Assembly (NCBI GenBank): GCA_037305845.1
Contig: CP147778.1
Coordinates: forward strand, 2,464,001 to 2,528,000
Source: Candidatus Freyarchaeum deiterrae
Lineage (GTDB): Archaea; Asgardarchaeota; Jordiarchaeia; Jordiarchaeales; Jordiarchaeaceae
Direction of reading: 5' to 3'
Length of the DNA: 64,000 nucleotides
Made by a program: the position numbers and the translations under genes. Shown here piece after piece: positions 40,126 through 49,423 of this stretch (its first letter is position 1; the number at the start of each line of letters is the position of its first letter). The notes beneath the pieces are model-generated. The model made no database searches. It was not told the origin of the DNA and saw only the letters and a list, made by a program, of their open reading frames with translations.

Positions 40126-41259
40126 TTGTACAAGGATTTGGAACGAGATGTGATAAACGCTGGAAAATGTGTTTTTTGCGGTACATGCATTTCCGCTTGC
40201 CCCGAAGGAGTGCTTGCATTGGATAAATGGGGTAAACGAGTAGTATCCACTGGAAGGTGTCGTATGGACTGTAATGTCTGTTATGAGATGTGCTTAGGGG
40301 TGAATCCTATTGAAGTTAATCAGAATGAAATATTTGGAGATTTCCAGGAGGTTGTTCAAGTTCGGTCTCTAATGAACGAAGCGAAAGATTACTCGTATTT
40401 CAAGTTCCAACCCATTAGTAAAAGTCTGGGAACCATAGCTAAACCGAAAAGTGGTGTGGTGTCCACGATCCTAATACACCTGCTGGAACAGCATCTAATC
40501 GACTGTGCGGTTGTGGCTGGGCGCAGGCAGGATGAGCCTTGGAGACCCTCACCCGCTATTGCGGCTTCCAAATTCGAAATCCTCTATGCTTGTGGAACGA
40601 AGCCTTTCCAATGCCCAACGAACGCTGTACTCCTCGATGCCGTAACGAAGTTTAAGAGTGTGGCCCTGGTGGGACTACCCTGTCATATAGAGGGGGCGCG
40701 AAGACTTGCACAGACGTATGAGGAATTCCGGGGGCCAATAACTTACTGGATCGGTATACCCTGCGGGAATGTTTTCAATCATGACCAATTAACCAAGCAG
40801 GCTGCGGGAATGGGCATAGACCCCGAAACAATCGTGGCCGTCGATTTCGACAACGAGGTATTCAAGGAGGAAACCCCCATTAAAAACCTAGGAATCTACA
40901 TAGTAACTAAAGATGGAAAAAAACACCCCATGAGCCTAAACGAGTTTAAAGCCTCCATGGCGAAAGAATGCATAACCTGCAAAGACTTCGCAGCGGAGCA
41001 CACGGATTTTTCAGTCGCCACACAAGGTTCCCCAGCTGGCTGGTCAACTGTCTTCATCCGGACGGACAAAGGAAAAGAACTTATCAACAAAATGGCTGGG
41101 GAAGCAAAAATAAACAAAAGACCCCTCGAATACGAGAAGGTGCAAGATAAAGCCACACTGGAAGCCCAGGCCGAAATGGTTTGGTTAAAAAGCCAACCCA
41201 AAACATGGATGAGCTTAGTCACTTCAGCCATAACCAAAAGGAATCGGCTGTATTACTAA
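40126..41259 (+). CDS. FrhB/FdhB-family F420 oxidoreductase beta subunit with N-terminal ferredoxin
   Basis: CVFCGTCISACP, VGLPC, IG..C, C..C.D, D.SV and GWSTVFIRT motifs. Confidence 0.85.
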   Translation: MYKDLERDVINAGKCVFCGTCISACPEGVLALDKWGKRVVSTGRCRMDCNVCYEMCLGVNPIEVNQNEIFGDFQEVVQVRSLMNEAKDYSYFKFQPISKSLGTIAKPKSGVVSTILIHLLEQHLIDCAVVAGRRQDEPWRPSPAIAASKFEILYACGTKPFQCPTNAVLLDAVTKFKSVALVGLPCHIEGARRLAQTYEEFRGPITYWIGIPCGNVFNHDQLTKQAAGMGIDPETIVAVDFDNEVFKEETPIKNLGIYIVTKDGKKHPMSLNEFKASMAKECITCKDFAAEHTDFSVATQGSPAGWSTVFIRTDKGKELINKMAGEAKINKRPLEYEKVQDKATLEAQAEMVWLKSQPKTWMSLVTSAITKRNRLYY

Positions 41260-41423
41260 TAGACTATAATACATCAACACCTATTTACTCCAACACCTTT
41301 CAAACACTTGGCGTCATGAAAGTCCAGTACACCACCACATCATCAAAACCCAAACAGAATAAAGGGCGTCGCCTATTTCGCAACACTGGAATTAAATTAA
41401 AGGGTTGTTTTTGTGACATGTTT

Positions 41424-42179
41424 TCAATTAGCTCGGGACTTTTTGCAAACTGGACAGTTAGAATCACCCCGGGTTTCGCAGGTTACGAAAGTCATATCCT
41501 CCAAATCAAAGAATAGTAGTTTCCCGATCAGAGGTTCACCGATTCCCAGAATCAGTTTTATTACTTCTGTTGCTTGGAGAATCCCTAACAAGCCAGGTGT
41601 TACTCCCACAACCGGAAACCTCTCCGCTTCTGGGGGCTTTACGGGAAATATACATTTCAAACAGGGGCTTTTCCCGGGAACTATTGTGGTCATCTGACCC
41701 TGAAATCCGTAGATACCTGCGTGGACGAATGGGATTTTATTTTTAACGCACGCTTCATTAATCATGTATCTTATTTCGAAATTATCCATGGCGTCCACAA
41801 TTACGGTTGCCCCTGAGATGAGTTTATCTATGTTTTGTTCAGTGATATCTGTTTTTAACGCTTCCACTTTAATTTCCGGGTTTAATGCCAATATTTTTTC
41901 TTTTGCGGAAAGAACCTTAGGCTTCCCTATGTCTTTTTGCCAGTGCAGGATTTGCCTATTCAAATTACTGAGCTCAGAACTATCCTTGTCTACCAAAACT
42001 AGATGACCAACACCCGCAGCTCCAAGGTAAAGGGATGCCGGGCAACCCAACCCGCCAACACCCATAACCACAACCTTAGACTGCTTCAACTTTTTCTGTC
42101 CCTCCTCTCCCCACCCTGAAACTCGCATTTGCCTATCGTATCTATCCTTCTCGGAAATTGAAAGATCCACTTTTAGCAA
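41424..42179 (-). CDS. MoeB/ThiF/UbaA E1-like enzyme
   Basis: RYDRQ, GVGGLG, ELSNLNRQ, C..C and C-terminal CPVC motifs. Confidence 0.93.
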   Translation of the reverse strand: MLKVDLSISEKDRYDRQMRVSGWGEEGQKKLKQSKVVVMGVGGLGCPASLYLGAAGVGHLVLVDKDSSELSNLNRQILHWQKDIGKPKVLSAKEKILALNPEIKVEALKTDITEQNIDKLISGATVIVDAMDNFEIRYMINEACVKNKIPFVHAGIYGFQGQMTTIVPGKSPCLKCIFPVKPPEAERFPVVGVTPGLLGILQATEVIKLILGIGEPLIGKLLFFDLEDMTFVTCETRGDSNCPVCKKSRAN

Positions 42180-42261
42180 ACCTCCATAAAATTAAAAAGT
42201 ATAATAATTTTAAAACCTAAAAAGGCCATTTTTTCTAATGCCGCTTAATTTTTGTGCTAAA

Positions 42262-44109
42262 TTATTTCTCTTCTGCTAGTTTCAAATTGGTTAGGATGTA
42301 TAGAGCGTGTGACCAAGTCAAAGGTATTGCTGATTCTTTTTCCCAGTTCTTCTCTATCACCTGTTCTGGGAGCAAATCTAAACCATTTTTGGAACGCACG
42401 CACCAGTCAATTAGACTTTCAGCTTCCTCTCTTTTTCCCACTTCAAGTTTGTACCATGCAAGCCAGAGTGTGGTTAATGTCCAGGGGTTACCCCCAAAAT
42501 AGTTATCTTTTTCGAATCTCAAAATTCCTCCAGTTTTTGTTTTTAAAGGCTTCTCTATTTTGGCAACTGTGCTTAACATTTTCTTGTTGTTTGGGGGAAT
42601 CATGAGAAAAGGAACTGAAATGCCGAGCAAGCTCGCATCCGGTGTATAATCTTTTACGAGCTTTTCAGTTACAAGTGACCTCACGAACATTTCTTTGTTA
42701 TCATCCCAGAAGTTCTTAACGAATCCTTCTTTTATCCTGCCAGAAACAGAATTCCAGAGGTCCCGCTTATCTTGATCCTCTTTGATTAAAGCCATTTCGG
42801 AGGCTGCTTTTAGTCCCGCGTAAACCGAGGCTGTAGAGTAGGCGTGAACGCCCATTCCATCTTCCCAAAGGTCATTACAGGGTGCTAATAATTTATCCCC
42901 ATTGACTAATTCTGATAAATTATCCGCAGTTAATTTAATCTTATCCCAGTTCTTACTCAAAAATTCGTAATCCTCTGTTAGGGTTATGTGTTTTTCTAGA
43001 CCCCAGAGAAAACCCGCAGTTCCATCAATGTAGGGCTGTTCCCCGCTGGGGCCGGTGGATCCTGGTGCAGTCCAATATCTCTGGTGTAGAAAACCGTGAG
43101 AATTTTGGGACTTGAAAAGCCATTCATAGAACTTATGAGAGAGCTTGTACTGACCTATACAGTCCAGAGCAAAGGCGGTATAAACTCCCTCTCTTCCGCA
43201 AACGTAACCGTATCCTTTACTGAACGAAAAATCTGGATCGAATTCTGGTGCGGTCAAAATTCCCCCCTTGCTGTCACATAATAATCTAATTGCCAGAATC
43301 GACCTTTCAAAAAGTTTCTGTCTACTATTCTCCGTTTGAGGTATTCTTGTATCGCCCAAAAAGCTAGTCGACTCATTAATAGTTTGCTCTAAAACTTTTT
43401 GATTATCCTGTTTTTTCTCCTTTTCGAGTTTTGAGAGTACCTCTTGAGAAGAATTCCCACAGCATATGAGGATGGGAACCTTGCCGGTGTCTCCCGGTCT
43501 TAACTTTCCTATATTCCAACGGAAGTAGCCTGCTACATCTCCAGCAGCATGGGCACTTTCTCCAGCAACCTTTGCTCGCATCCGTAGACCGAGTTCAGTG
43601 TTTTTATTGGCTCTTAAACACGAGTAAGTATCTACATTAGCATTCGCTCCGACCGCGAAAAAGTAACCATGTTTGTAAAAAACCATCGCCTGTTTGGAAA
43701 AATCGTAATAAACCGCGTTGGCTCGGGAACTCTCCAAAATACTAAAATTACCGTAAAACTCGATTTCAAAATTTGAACTGGTAGAAGATTTATTTTCGAT
43801 TTCTGTACTTATTTCTATAATATCCTCATCAGGAAGGGCGAAGATGTACCTTTTCACCCTGATACCCTTTTTTCGACTAATGATTTGGATAACATTAGAA
43901 CTCGGCAGATAGGAAAATTCGTTCTTCCAACCCCCACTGGATAACCAGCTTGTGGAATGTTCGTCAACTATACCCATCTTAGTTATGGTAACATGATAAG
44001 GAAAATCGATATTCGGCCAAAATATCTGTGTAATGTCCCCTGAACCACCGACCGTGCCCAAAATCCTTCCATTACCAAAAATTCCCTCTATATCCAATTT
44101 CTTTCTCAA
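42262..44109 (-). CDS. Glycoside hydrolase family 15 (glucoamylase/trehalase-like), divergent
   Basis: FWP..D, A.PEFD, DLWE, DASLLG, GGNPW...TLW, LPEQ and PLTWSHA motifs. Confidence 0.85.
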   Translation of the reverse strand: MRKKLDIEGIFGNGRILGTVGGSGDITQIFWPNIDFPYHVTITKMGIVDEHSTSWLSSGGWKNEFSYLPSSNVIQIISRKKGIRVKRYIFALPDEDIIEISTEIENKSSTSSNFEIEFYGNFSILESSRANAVYYDFSKQAMVFYKHGYFFAVGANANVDTYSCLRANKNTELGLRMRAKVAGESAHAAGDVAGYFRWNIGKLRPGDTGKVPILICCGNSSQEVLSKLEKEKKQDNQKVLEQTINESTSFLGDTRIPQTENSRQKLFERSILAIRLLCDSKGGILTAPEFDPDFSFSKGYGYVCGREGVYTAFALDCIGQYKLSHKFYEWLFKSQNSHGFLHQRYWTAPGSTGPSGEQPYIDGTAGFLWGLEKHITLTEDYEFLSKNWDKIKLTADNLSELVNGDKLLAPCNDLWEDGMGVHAYSTASVYAGLKAASEMALIKEDQDKRDLWNSVSGRIKEGFVKNFWDDNKEMFVRSLVTEKLVKDYTPDASLLGISVPFLMIPPNNKKMLSTVAKIEKPLKTKTGGILRFEKDNYFGGNPWTLTTLWLAWYKLEVGKREEAESLIDWCVRSKNGLDLLPEQVIEKNWEKESAIPLTWSHALYILTNLKLAEEK

Positions 44110-44422
44110 GCCGCCTCACCAAAAAACGGGAACATACGTAATCTTAGAAATTGTGTTTTTCACTTAAATTTTTTTTTGGGACTATTTATGAAATTACTCC
44201 TAGAAAAATATAATACACCCATCAGAATAAATAAAGTTAGGATAAGAATATGACTATTTACATTTAAAAGACTGGCGCCATATTCATCCTCCAAAAAACT
44301 TAAAATCATCATAAAAGGGGTATATCTTAAAACTTAGGATGGTAAATATCTTTAAAAAAACAATAAACCAAAATCATAAGCTTAATTTACTTCAAAGTAC
44401 TAATTTGTTGTAGGTGCAATTC

Positions 44423-45175
44423 ATGCCGCATTTGGGAAAAGAAAAAAAGGAAGGATATCTCGACTCATCAACAAGTGAGCAACCAGCAAACGACCCTCCA
44501 TCAAAAATGGATTCACAAACACTAAGTGAGGTAAAGTCGGGAATAGAAAAACTCACCCAGATTTTATCAACTTACTTATCCTCATTTGAAGAAAGACTTG
44601 GCAAAATGGAGAAACAAGTTGGAAACCTTGACTTACGAATGGCTGACCTTGAACAAGGTGGCAAGAAAGCCGCCTCTAGCACCGGGGCGCTTCGTGTGCC
44701 TTCAGGACTGGTGCAGGACGCTACTAGAACTGAACCAGTTATAGCTAAAAAACGACTGGAAGCAGAAACCCCCTCTATTCCAACTCCGGCTGTTCCAACC
44801 GGCCCTCCAAAACCTCCTACGGCAACTCCGCCAAAAGCACCTATAGCTGCTCCAAAGATTGAAACTCGCGCTCCGCAAATCGAAACCGGGGCAGTTCCAC
44901 CCACAGGACCGGGAACACAGGCTTCCCAACCTGATATACCTCTCTCCAAAGAAGCTCCCATGGCTGAGCACTTTTTCGATGAATTAAAGTCACGAATATC
45001 CAAGACTAGTGATTTTCAAGAAGGCAGAGTATCCCAAACTACACCAGGATATGTTGCTCCGGCGGCACCCAAGCCAACCGCCCAAGTGCCAGCTAAGCAA
45101 GAAGCCACCGGGGGATCGGAAGAGGACATTAAAAGGGTACTCCAACGCCTTAAAGATTCCATAAAAAAGGCTTGA
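44423..45175 (+). CDS. Coiled-coil + Pro-rich + short amphipathic helices; candidate actin-regulator-like protein
   Basis: Heptad FEERLGKMEKQVGNLDLRMADLE, PPKPP tract, FFDELKSRI and DIKRVLQRLK helices. Confidence 0.65.
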   Translation: MPHLGKEKKEGYLDSSTSEQPANDPPSKMDSQTLSEVKSGIEKLTQILSTYLSSFEERLGKMEKQVGNLDLRMADLEQGGKKAASSTGALRVPSGLVQDATRTEPVIAKKRLEAETPSIPTPAVPTGPPKPPTATPPKAPIAAPKIETRAPQIETGAVPPTGPGTQASQPDIPLSKEAPMAEHFFDELKSRISKTSDFQEGRVSQTTPGYVAPAAPKPTAQVPAKQEATGGSEEDIKRVLQRLKDSIKKA

Positions 45176-45479
45176 ATAATCCCTCTTTGCAAGTAATTAA
45201 TCAAATTCGACCAAACTTGCCCAATTTTAAGAATCCTCCTCGCATAGGATTAGTGAGAAAGCCGGTACCTATAGATAGGATGATTTGCGAGGAGTTAAAT
45301 TTTAAAAAAAGGTAAAAAAAGGCGGGTAATAACACTTGCTCACTCATGAAGGGTACGCAAGCCATTAACCGGAAGATGATTATAAGCCTCACACTATTTA
45401 GCACTTTAACGGTAAGAGTGAAGCCCACCAAACTTTCAAGGGTAAAGCAGGAAGCTCCTTTGCAGAAGCGAAGGGTGGT

Positions 45480-46013
45480 TCACAGAATTTTTATCAAGAA
45501 CGCATCTTCTTCTTTAGCCATTCCTACAATTTTCTCGCTTTTGTCCATCATAGCATAAGCTCTTCCCACTTCGATTTCTGTGTCGCTTTTCAGGAGGTTA
45601 ATGTTTAGATAAACTTTGTCTTGTTGGCTTATGGGATCCCTCTGTTTTTCGGGTGTAAACTGGAAGTTTCCTTTAAACATTATTGGGTACGCGGCAAGCT
45701 GGGGCACCGCTTTCTCTTTTATAATTCTGTGAGGTAGCATAGATAGATCATTTTCTATCGAAGCCACGCCAGAATGGCTAGCATAGGAGGGATTAATCTG
45801 AGAAATGTTATAAATTTCAGTTAGAGCAGCTATGTCGGTACGAAGTAGCATAGGGTCACTTTTTTCTGAGTACTCCTTCAATTTTTCCTGATCCACGTCA
45901 ATTTTCCACATCCAATTAACTGAATCAATCCAAAAAATTCCCGCAACTTTCTTTTTCTCATCAAACTTCATCAAGCGGCCTCCTTTAGGAGATTTAAAAA
46001 CTCTGAACTGCAA
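45480..46013 (-). CDS. Hypothetical protein
   Basis: 177-aa ORF with no recognised motif. Confidence 0.65.
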   Translation of the reverse strand: MQFRVFKSPKGGRLMKFDEKKKVAGIFWIDSVNWMWKIDVDQEKLKEYSEKSDPMLLRTDIAALTEIYNISQINPSYASHSGVASIENDLSMLPHRIIKEKAVPQLAAYPIMFKGNFQFTPEKQRDPISQQDKVYLNINLLKSDTEIEVGRAYAMMDKSEKIVGMAKEEDAFLIKIL

Positions 46014-46285
46014 TTCTGACTTATTTTATACGGTATTATCATTGATTGGTACGAACAAACCACTTTGTTACACATCGTCAAATTAAAGAATATAAAGATT
46101 AATAAACCATCAAAAGCAAGATATATGAGCATTTACTGAAAAATAAATTTTTCTTCAGTATTTTCTAAATTGCAGAAATTGGCAGAAACCATGTAAACTC
46201 TTAAAAGTCTAGGGACATAAAATTACAGTAGTTTTAATTTTCGCGTTGGCACGAGAACTGGTTTAGTCACTCTCGGAGGAATAAT

Positions 46286-47257
46286 ATGAGCAACGAGATA
46301 CCCAACCGTATCCACGGTTGTCTAGTTGGATTAACCATAGGAGACATGCTAGGGGCCGCTCAAGAAGGTCTAACGCCCTTTGATATAAGATCAAAGTTTG
46401 GAGTAGTAAAAGACCCTTTAAGTTTAGAGATAACCGATGATACGATTCTAAACTTCCTAGTAGCTGAAGCTTTAATAGAAAACCAGGCAAATGTTACTCA
46501 AGAAATTATAGCGAAAGCGATCTTAAAGAGCGCTGGTTCTTCCCGTCTAGGTCCAACTACTCAATCCTCTATTCTACGCCTTCAAAAGGATCCTAAAGCC
46601 ATCCCTACCACCGGCGAGACTAACGGAGCCGCTATGCGTGCTTTTCCTTTAGGTTTATGCTTACCCTATGAACCAGAAGTAATCGTGGAAAAAACAGCCA
46701 TATCATCAATGGTTACCCATGGGACCAGCGCTGCAATTTCAGCGGCCGCAGCAGTTGCCTGTGCAACCTCCGCCGCGGTTGAAGGATTTAAGGTGGAACA
46801 AATAATGGACTCTGCATTTGAGGGTGCAGAATTGGGGGAAAACTTCGGCAACAAGTCCGGTAAAAGTGTAGCATTTAGAATTAGAATGGCTGATGAGCTT
46901 GTGGGGGGGCAGTCTGATCCTTTGGAGATACAAAAAATTCTTTACCGCGAAATCGGTGTAGGCCCTCTTTCTTGGGAAACCGTTCCCTCAGCTTTGGCAA
47001 TTTTTTCCGCCTGTAAAGGTGATATCCAAAAGGCTCTGCTCATCACAGCAAATATGGGTGGCGATACGGATACTTTGGGTAGCCTAGCAGGAGGTCTTTG
47101 TGGAGCTAAAAATGGTCTAGGCTCTGTTCCTAAACGTTGGATACGATTCGTAACAAAGCTTGAACCACAAATTCCTACAGGCAACATACAGAAGATTGCC
47201 GAAGGCCTAACGAATCTTAGAGCAAAGTTAATTTCCGAGAAAAACCCTGTTTATTGA
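46286..47257 (+). CDS. ADP-ribosylglycohydrolase family protein
   Basis: GD.LG...E, TDDT, GPTT, NGAAMR, TH and GGDTDT motifs. Confidence 0.92.
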   Translation: MSNEIPNRIHGCLVGLTIGDMLGAAQEGLTPFDIRSKFGVVKDPLSLEITDDTILNFLVAEALIENQANVTQEIIAKAILKSAGSSRLGPTTQSSILRLQKDPKAIPTTGETNGAAMRAFPLGLCLPYEPEVIVEKTAISSMVTHGTSAAISAAAAVACATSAAVEGFKVEQIMDSAFEGAELGENFGNKSGKSVAFRIRMADELVGGQSDPLEIQKILYREIGVGPLSWETVPSALAIFSACKGDIQKALLITANMGGDTDTLGSLAGGLCGAKNGLGSVPKRWIRFVTKLEPQIPTGNIQKIAEGLTNLRAKLISEKNPVY

Positions 47258-47369
47258 ATATTAAAATGTTTCAAAAATTGCCATTAAGACTAGATTTATA
47301 TTCTTACAATCACATAATAAAATTAGAACCTCTTGATACTTTAGGGTACAAGAAGGGAGGTTAATCAAC

Positions 47370-48176
47370 TTGGCAGATAATGTAACCCTACTTATGGACG
47401 AGTACCATAATGAAGAGACCAAAACAAGCATATACAACGAAATAAAGAACAGTATAGTAAACTGGGGTTTGGAACTCTACGTAAACTCCTCAAGCCCACT
47501 TAATTCACCACTACTAGAATCATACGGTGCTTTAGTTCTTATAGCTCCCAGAAGGTTCAGGAAAGAGTACGACTGGAAGGTGGAAGAAACTCGATCGATT
47601 ATGGAATACGTCGAGGAAGGCGGAACACTACTAGTAACTCCCACACGAGCAGACAGAAACTATAAAATCAATTTCGCCCGTGAAATCGGCATTGACTGGT
47701 TAGGAATGAACCAGAAATTCGTTACCGATTTTACCCTGCATCCCATAACCAAAGGAATTTTCAAAATCCACGCTCCTTGGTTCCGGGCAAACCTGATTCC
47801 CGAGTGGCAACAAATAGCAAGAGTTCAGTTGGGTTTAAGATCATTTCCAGTAATCGCGGTTAGGGAGCTTGGAAAAGGAAAAATGATCTTCGTAAGCAGC
47901 ATTATGCTATTTTCTAAGCCGTATATGAAAAGAAATGACAATGCAAGACTTATAATGAACCTATTCGAGTGGATCAAAGAACTCGGCGAAAATACTGGAA
48001 TAAAAAGAAATGCGCCGAAAGAGGAGAAACGAATAGTAGTCACTGAAGAAGTAAAGCCGAAGGTAGAGATAAAGCTAGGAGCACCGCAGAAAAGCCGGTT
48101 TTGCCCACACTGTGGCGTCGAGGTACCGCCCTTCGCAGTTTTCTGTCCAAACTGCGGAGCAAGCATAGAGGAATAA
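47370..48176 (+). CDS. GIFT/GldG/DUF4350-like domain protein with C-terminal double zinc ribbon
   Basis: LLMDEYH.E, LVLIAP, YVEEGG.LLV, HPITKG, GKG..IF and DNARL..NLFEW motifs; FCPHCG...FCPNCG. Confidence 0.75.
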   Translation: MADNVTLLMDEYHNEETKTSIYNEIKNSIVNWGLELYVNSSSPLNSPLLESYGALVLIAPRRFRKEYDWKVEETRSIMEYVEEGGTLLVTPTRADRNYKINFAREIGIDWLGMNQKFVTDFTLHPITKGIFKIHAPWFRANLIPEWQQIARVQLGLRSFPVIAVRELGKGKMIFVSSIMLFSKPYMKRNDNARLIMNLFEWIKELGENTGIKRNAPKEEKRIVVTEEVKPKVEIKLGAPQKSRFCPHCGVEVPPFAVFCPNCGASIEE

Positions 48177-48303
48177 AACCCCAAATTATCTTTATTATTA
48201 TACCCATTTTTCCACCCCCCGTTTAGAGGCCTAAAACTATATTAAACCTTAAAGATTAATGATTTTTTCACCGAATTTTTAGTTACTCACAATTGCGTTT
48301 ATT

Positions 48304-49215
48304 CTACTTTTGACAGTACAAATTTGTGGTTGCTCTAAACTGCTCGGGTATAAAGTGGTGAAAAAACCTTTTGTCCGTTTTATAGGCTTCCTTGTACAAT
48401 CTTTCAAAGTATTTTTTTGGAAGGAAACCCTTCATGAAAAAGAAAAGGAAATAAGAAAAAAAGGTTTCAGCCTTAGTAAAAACTTTTTTAAATCCCGACA
48501 CATAACCCGCCCTAATCAACTCATTTAAAGTAAACATATAAGGATCAGTCAGCAACTCCCTAGGATTTTTCTGCATCTCCAACATAGCCTTATTTGTCCT
48601 CACGTCTAAACTAGAACCAGATCTGCGTCCCACAAGCTCCCCCAGCTGGTTAAGTATCACACCCACCATTCCAACCAGCATTATTCCCAGACGATTAGGC
48701 TCCTCCAATACGGCTAAATATCCTCTAGGCTTCAAAATCCTCCTGCTCTCCTTCATAAAGGAAACATAGTTTGGAAAATGATGCAAAGAAGATGAACAGA
48801 TAACCAAATCAAAAACATCATCCCTTAAGGGTAAATTCTCACAGTCACACCGAAACCAGAAGGTATCACCAGAAAATCCATAATTTTTCGACTTGCCGAT
48901 AGCCACCTTAATTATCTCCGAACTAATATCACAATTTACTATCAAAGCCCTAGAACCAAAAGCCTTGAGATTGAGAGAGATTTTCCCAGTTCCACAGGCG
49001 GCATCCAAAATTAGAATTTTCCTGGAAGCATCAATACCCGCAAAAGACAACTCTGAGTTAATCACACTTCCATACCGGTAACTAGTCTTTATGTCAAATA
49101 TACCATCATAGTATGTACTCTCTATATCATGCCTCAGTATGTTATCCTTCTTAACTCTTCTTTGAGAATCCGACGACAAGTTCTCACGTCCTTCTGAATT
49201 TAACCGCCTTACCAT
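48304..49215 (-). CDS. Class I SAM-dependent methyltransferase
   Basis: ILDAACGTG, D.E.LP, FDLVI...LHH and RILKP.G motifs. Confidence 0.9.
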   Translation of the reverse strand: MVRRLNSEGRENLSSDSQRRVKKDNILRHDIESTYYDGIFDIKTSYRYGSVINSELSFAGIDASRKILILDAACGTGKISLNLKAFGSRALIVNCDISSEIIKVAIGKSKNYGFSGDTFWFRCDCENLPLRDDVFDLVICSSSLHHFPNYVSFMKESRRILKPRGYLAVLEEPNRLGIMLVGMVGVILNQLGELVGRRSGSSLDVRTNKAMLEMQKNPRELLTDPYMFTLNELIRAGYVSGFKKVFTKAETFFSYFLFFFMKGFLPKKYFERLYKEAYKTDKRFFHHFIPEQFRATTNLYCQK

Positions 49216-49423
49216 CTTAAACCCTTTATCAAAAGAAATAGGTCTTTCTCTCTTGATAATAATCTTCCAAACAATTCTTACAATTACCAGTAGCCTAGTC
49301 CTTCTGTTCTTGCGTTTCTATGAATCAATGACAAAAGCAGAAGATTTATTCGTTTATGCTTCAGCGAATCTTTCTACATTGCTTCCTCCGCCGGTGATAA
49401 TTTCTAGCCTTTCCTCAGTCGCC

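Noticed and set aside
40360-40450. Possible in-frame intron explaining the FrhB insertion
   Set aside because: TTCGGT/ACCGAA can pair, but no 4-bp central helix with two 3-nt bulges can be formed.
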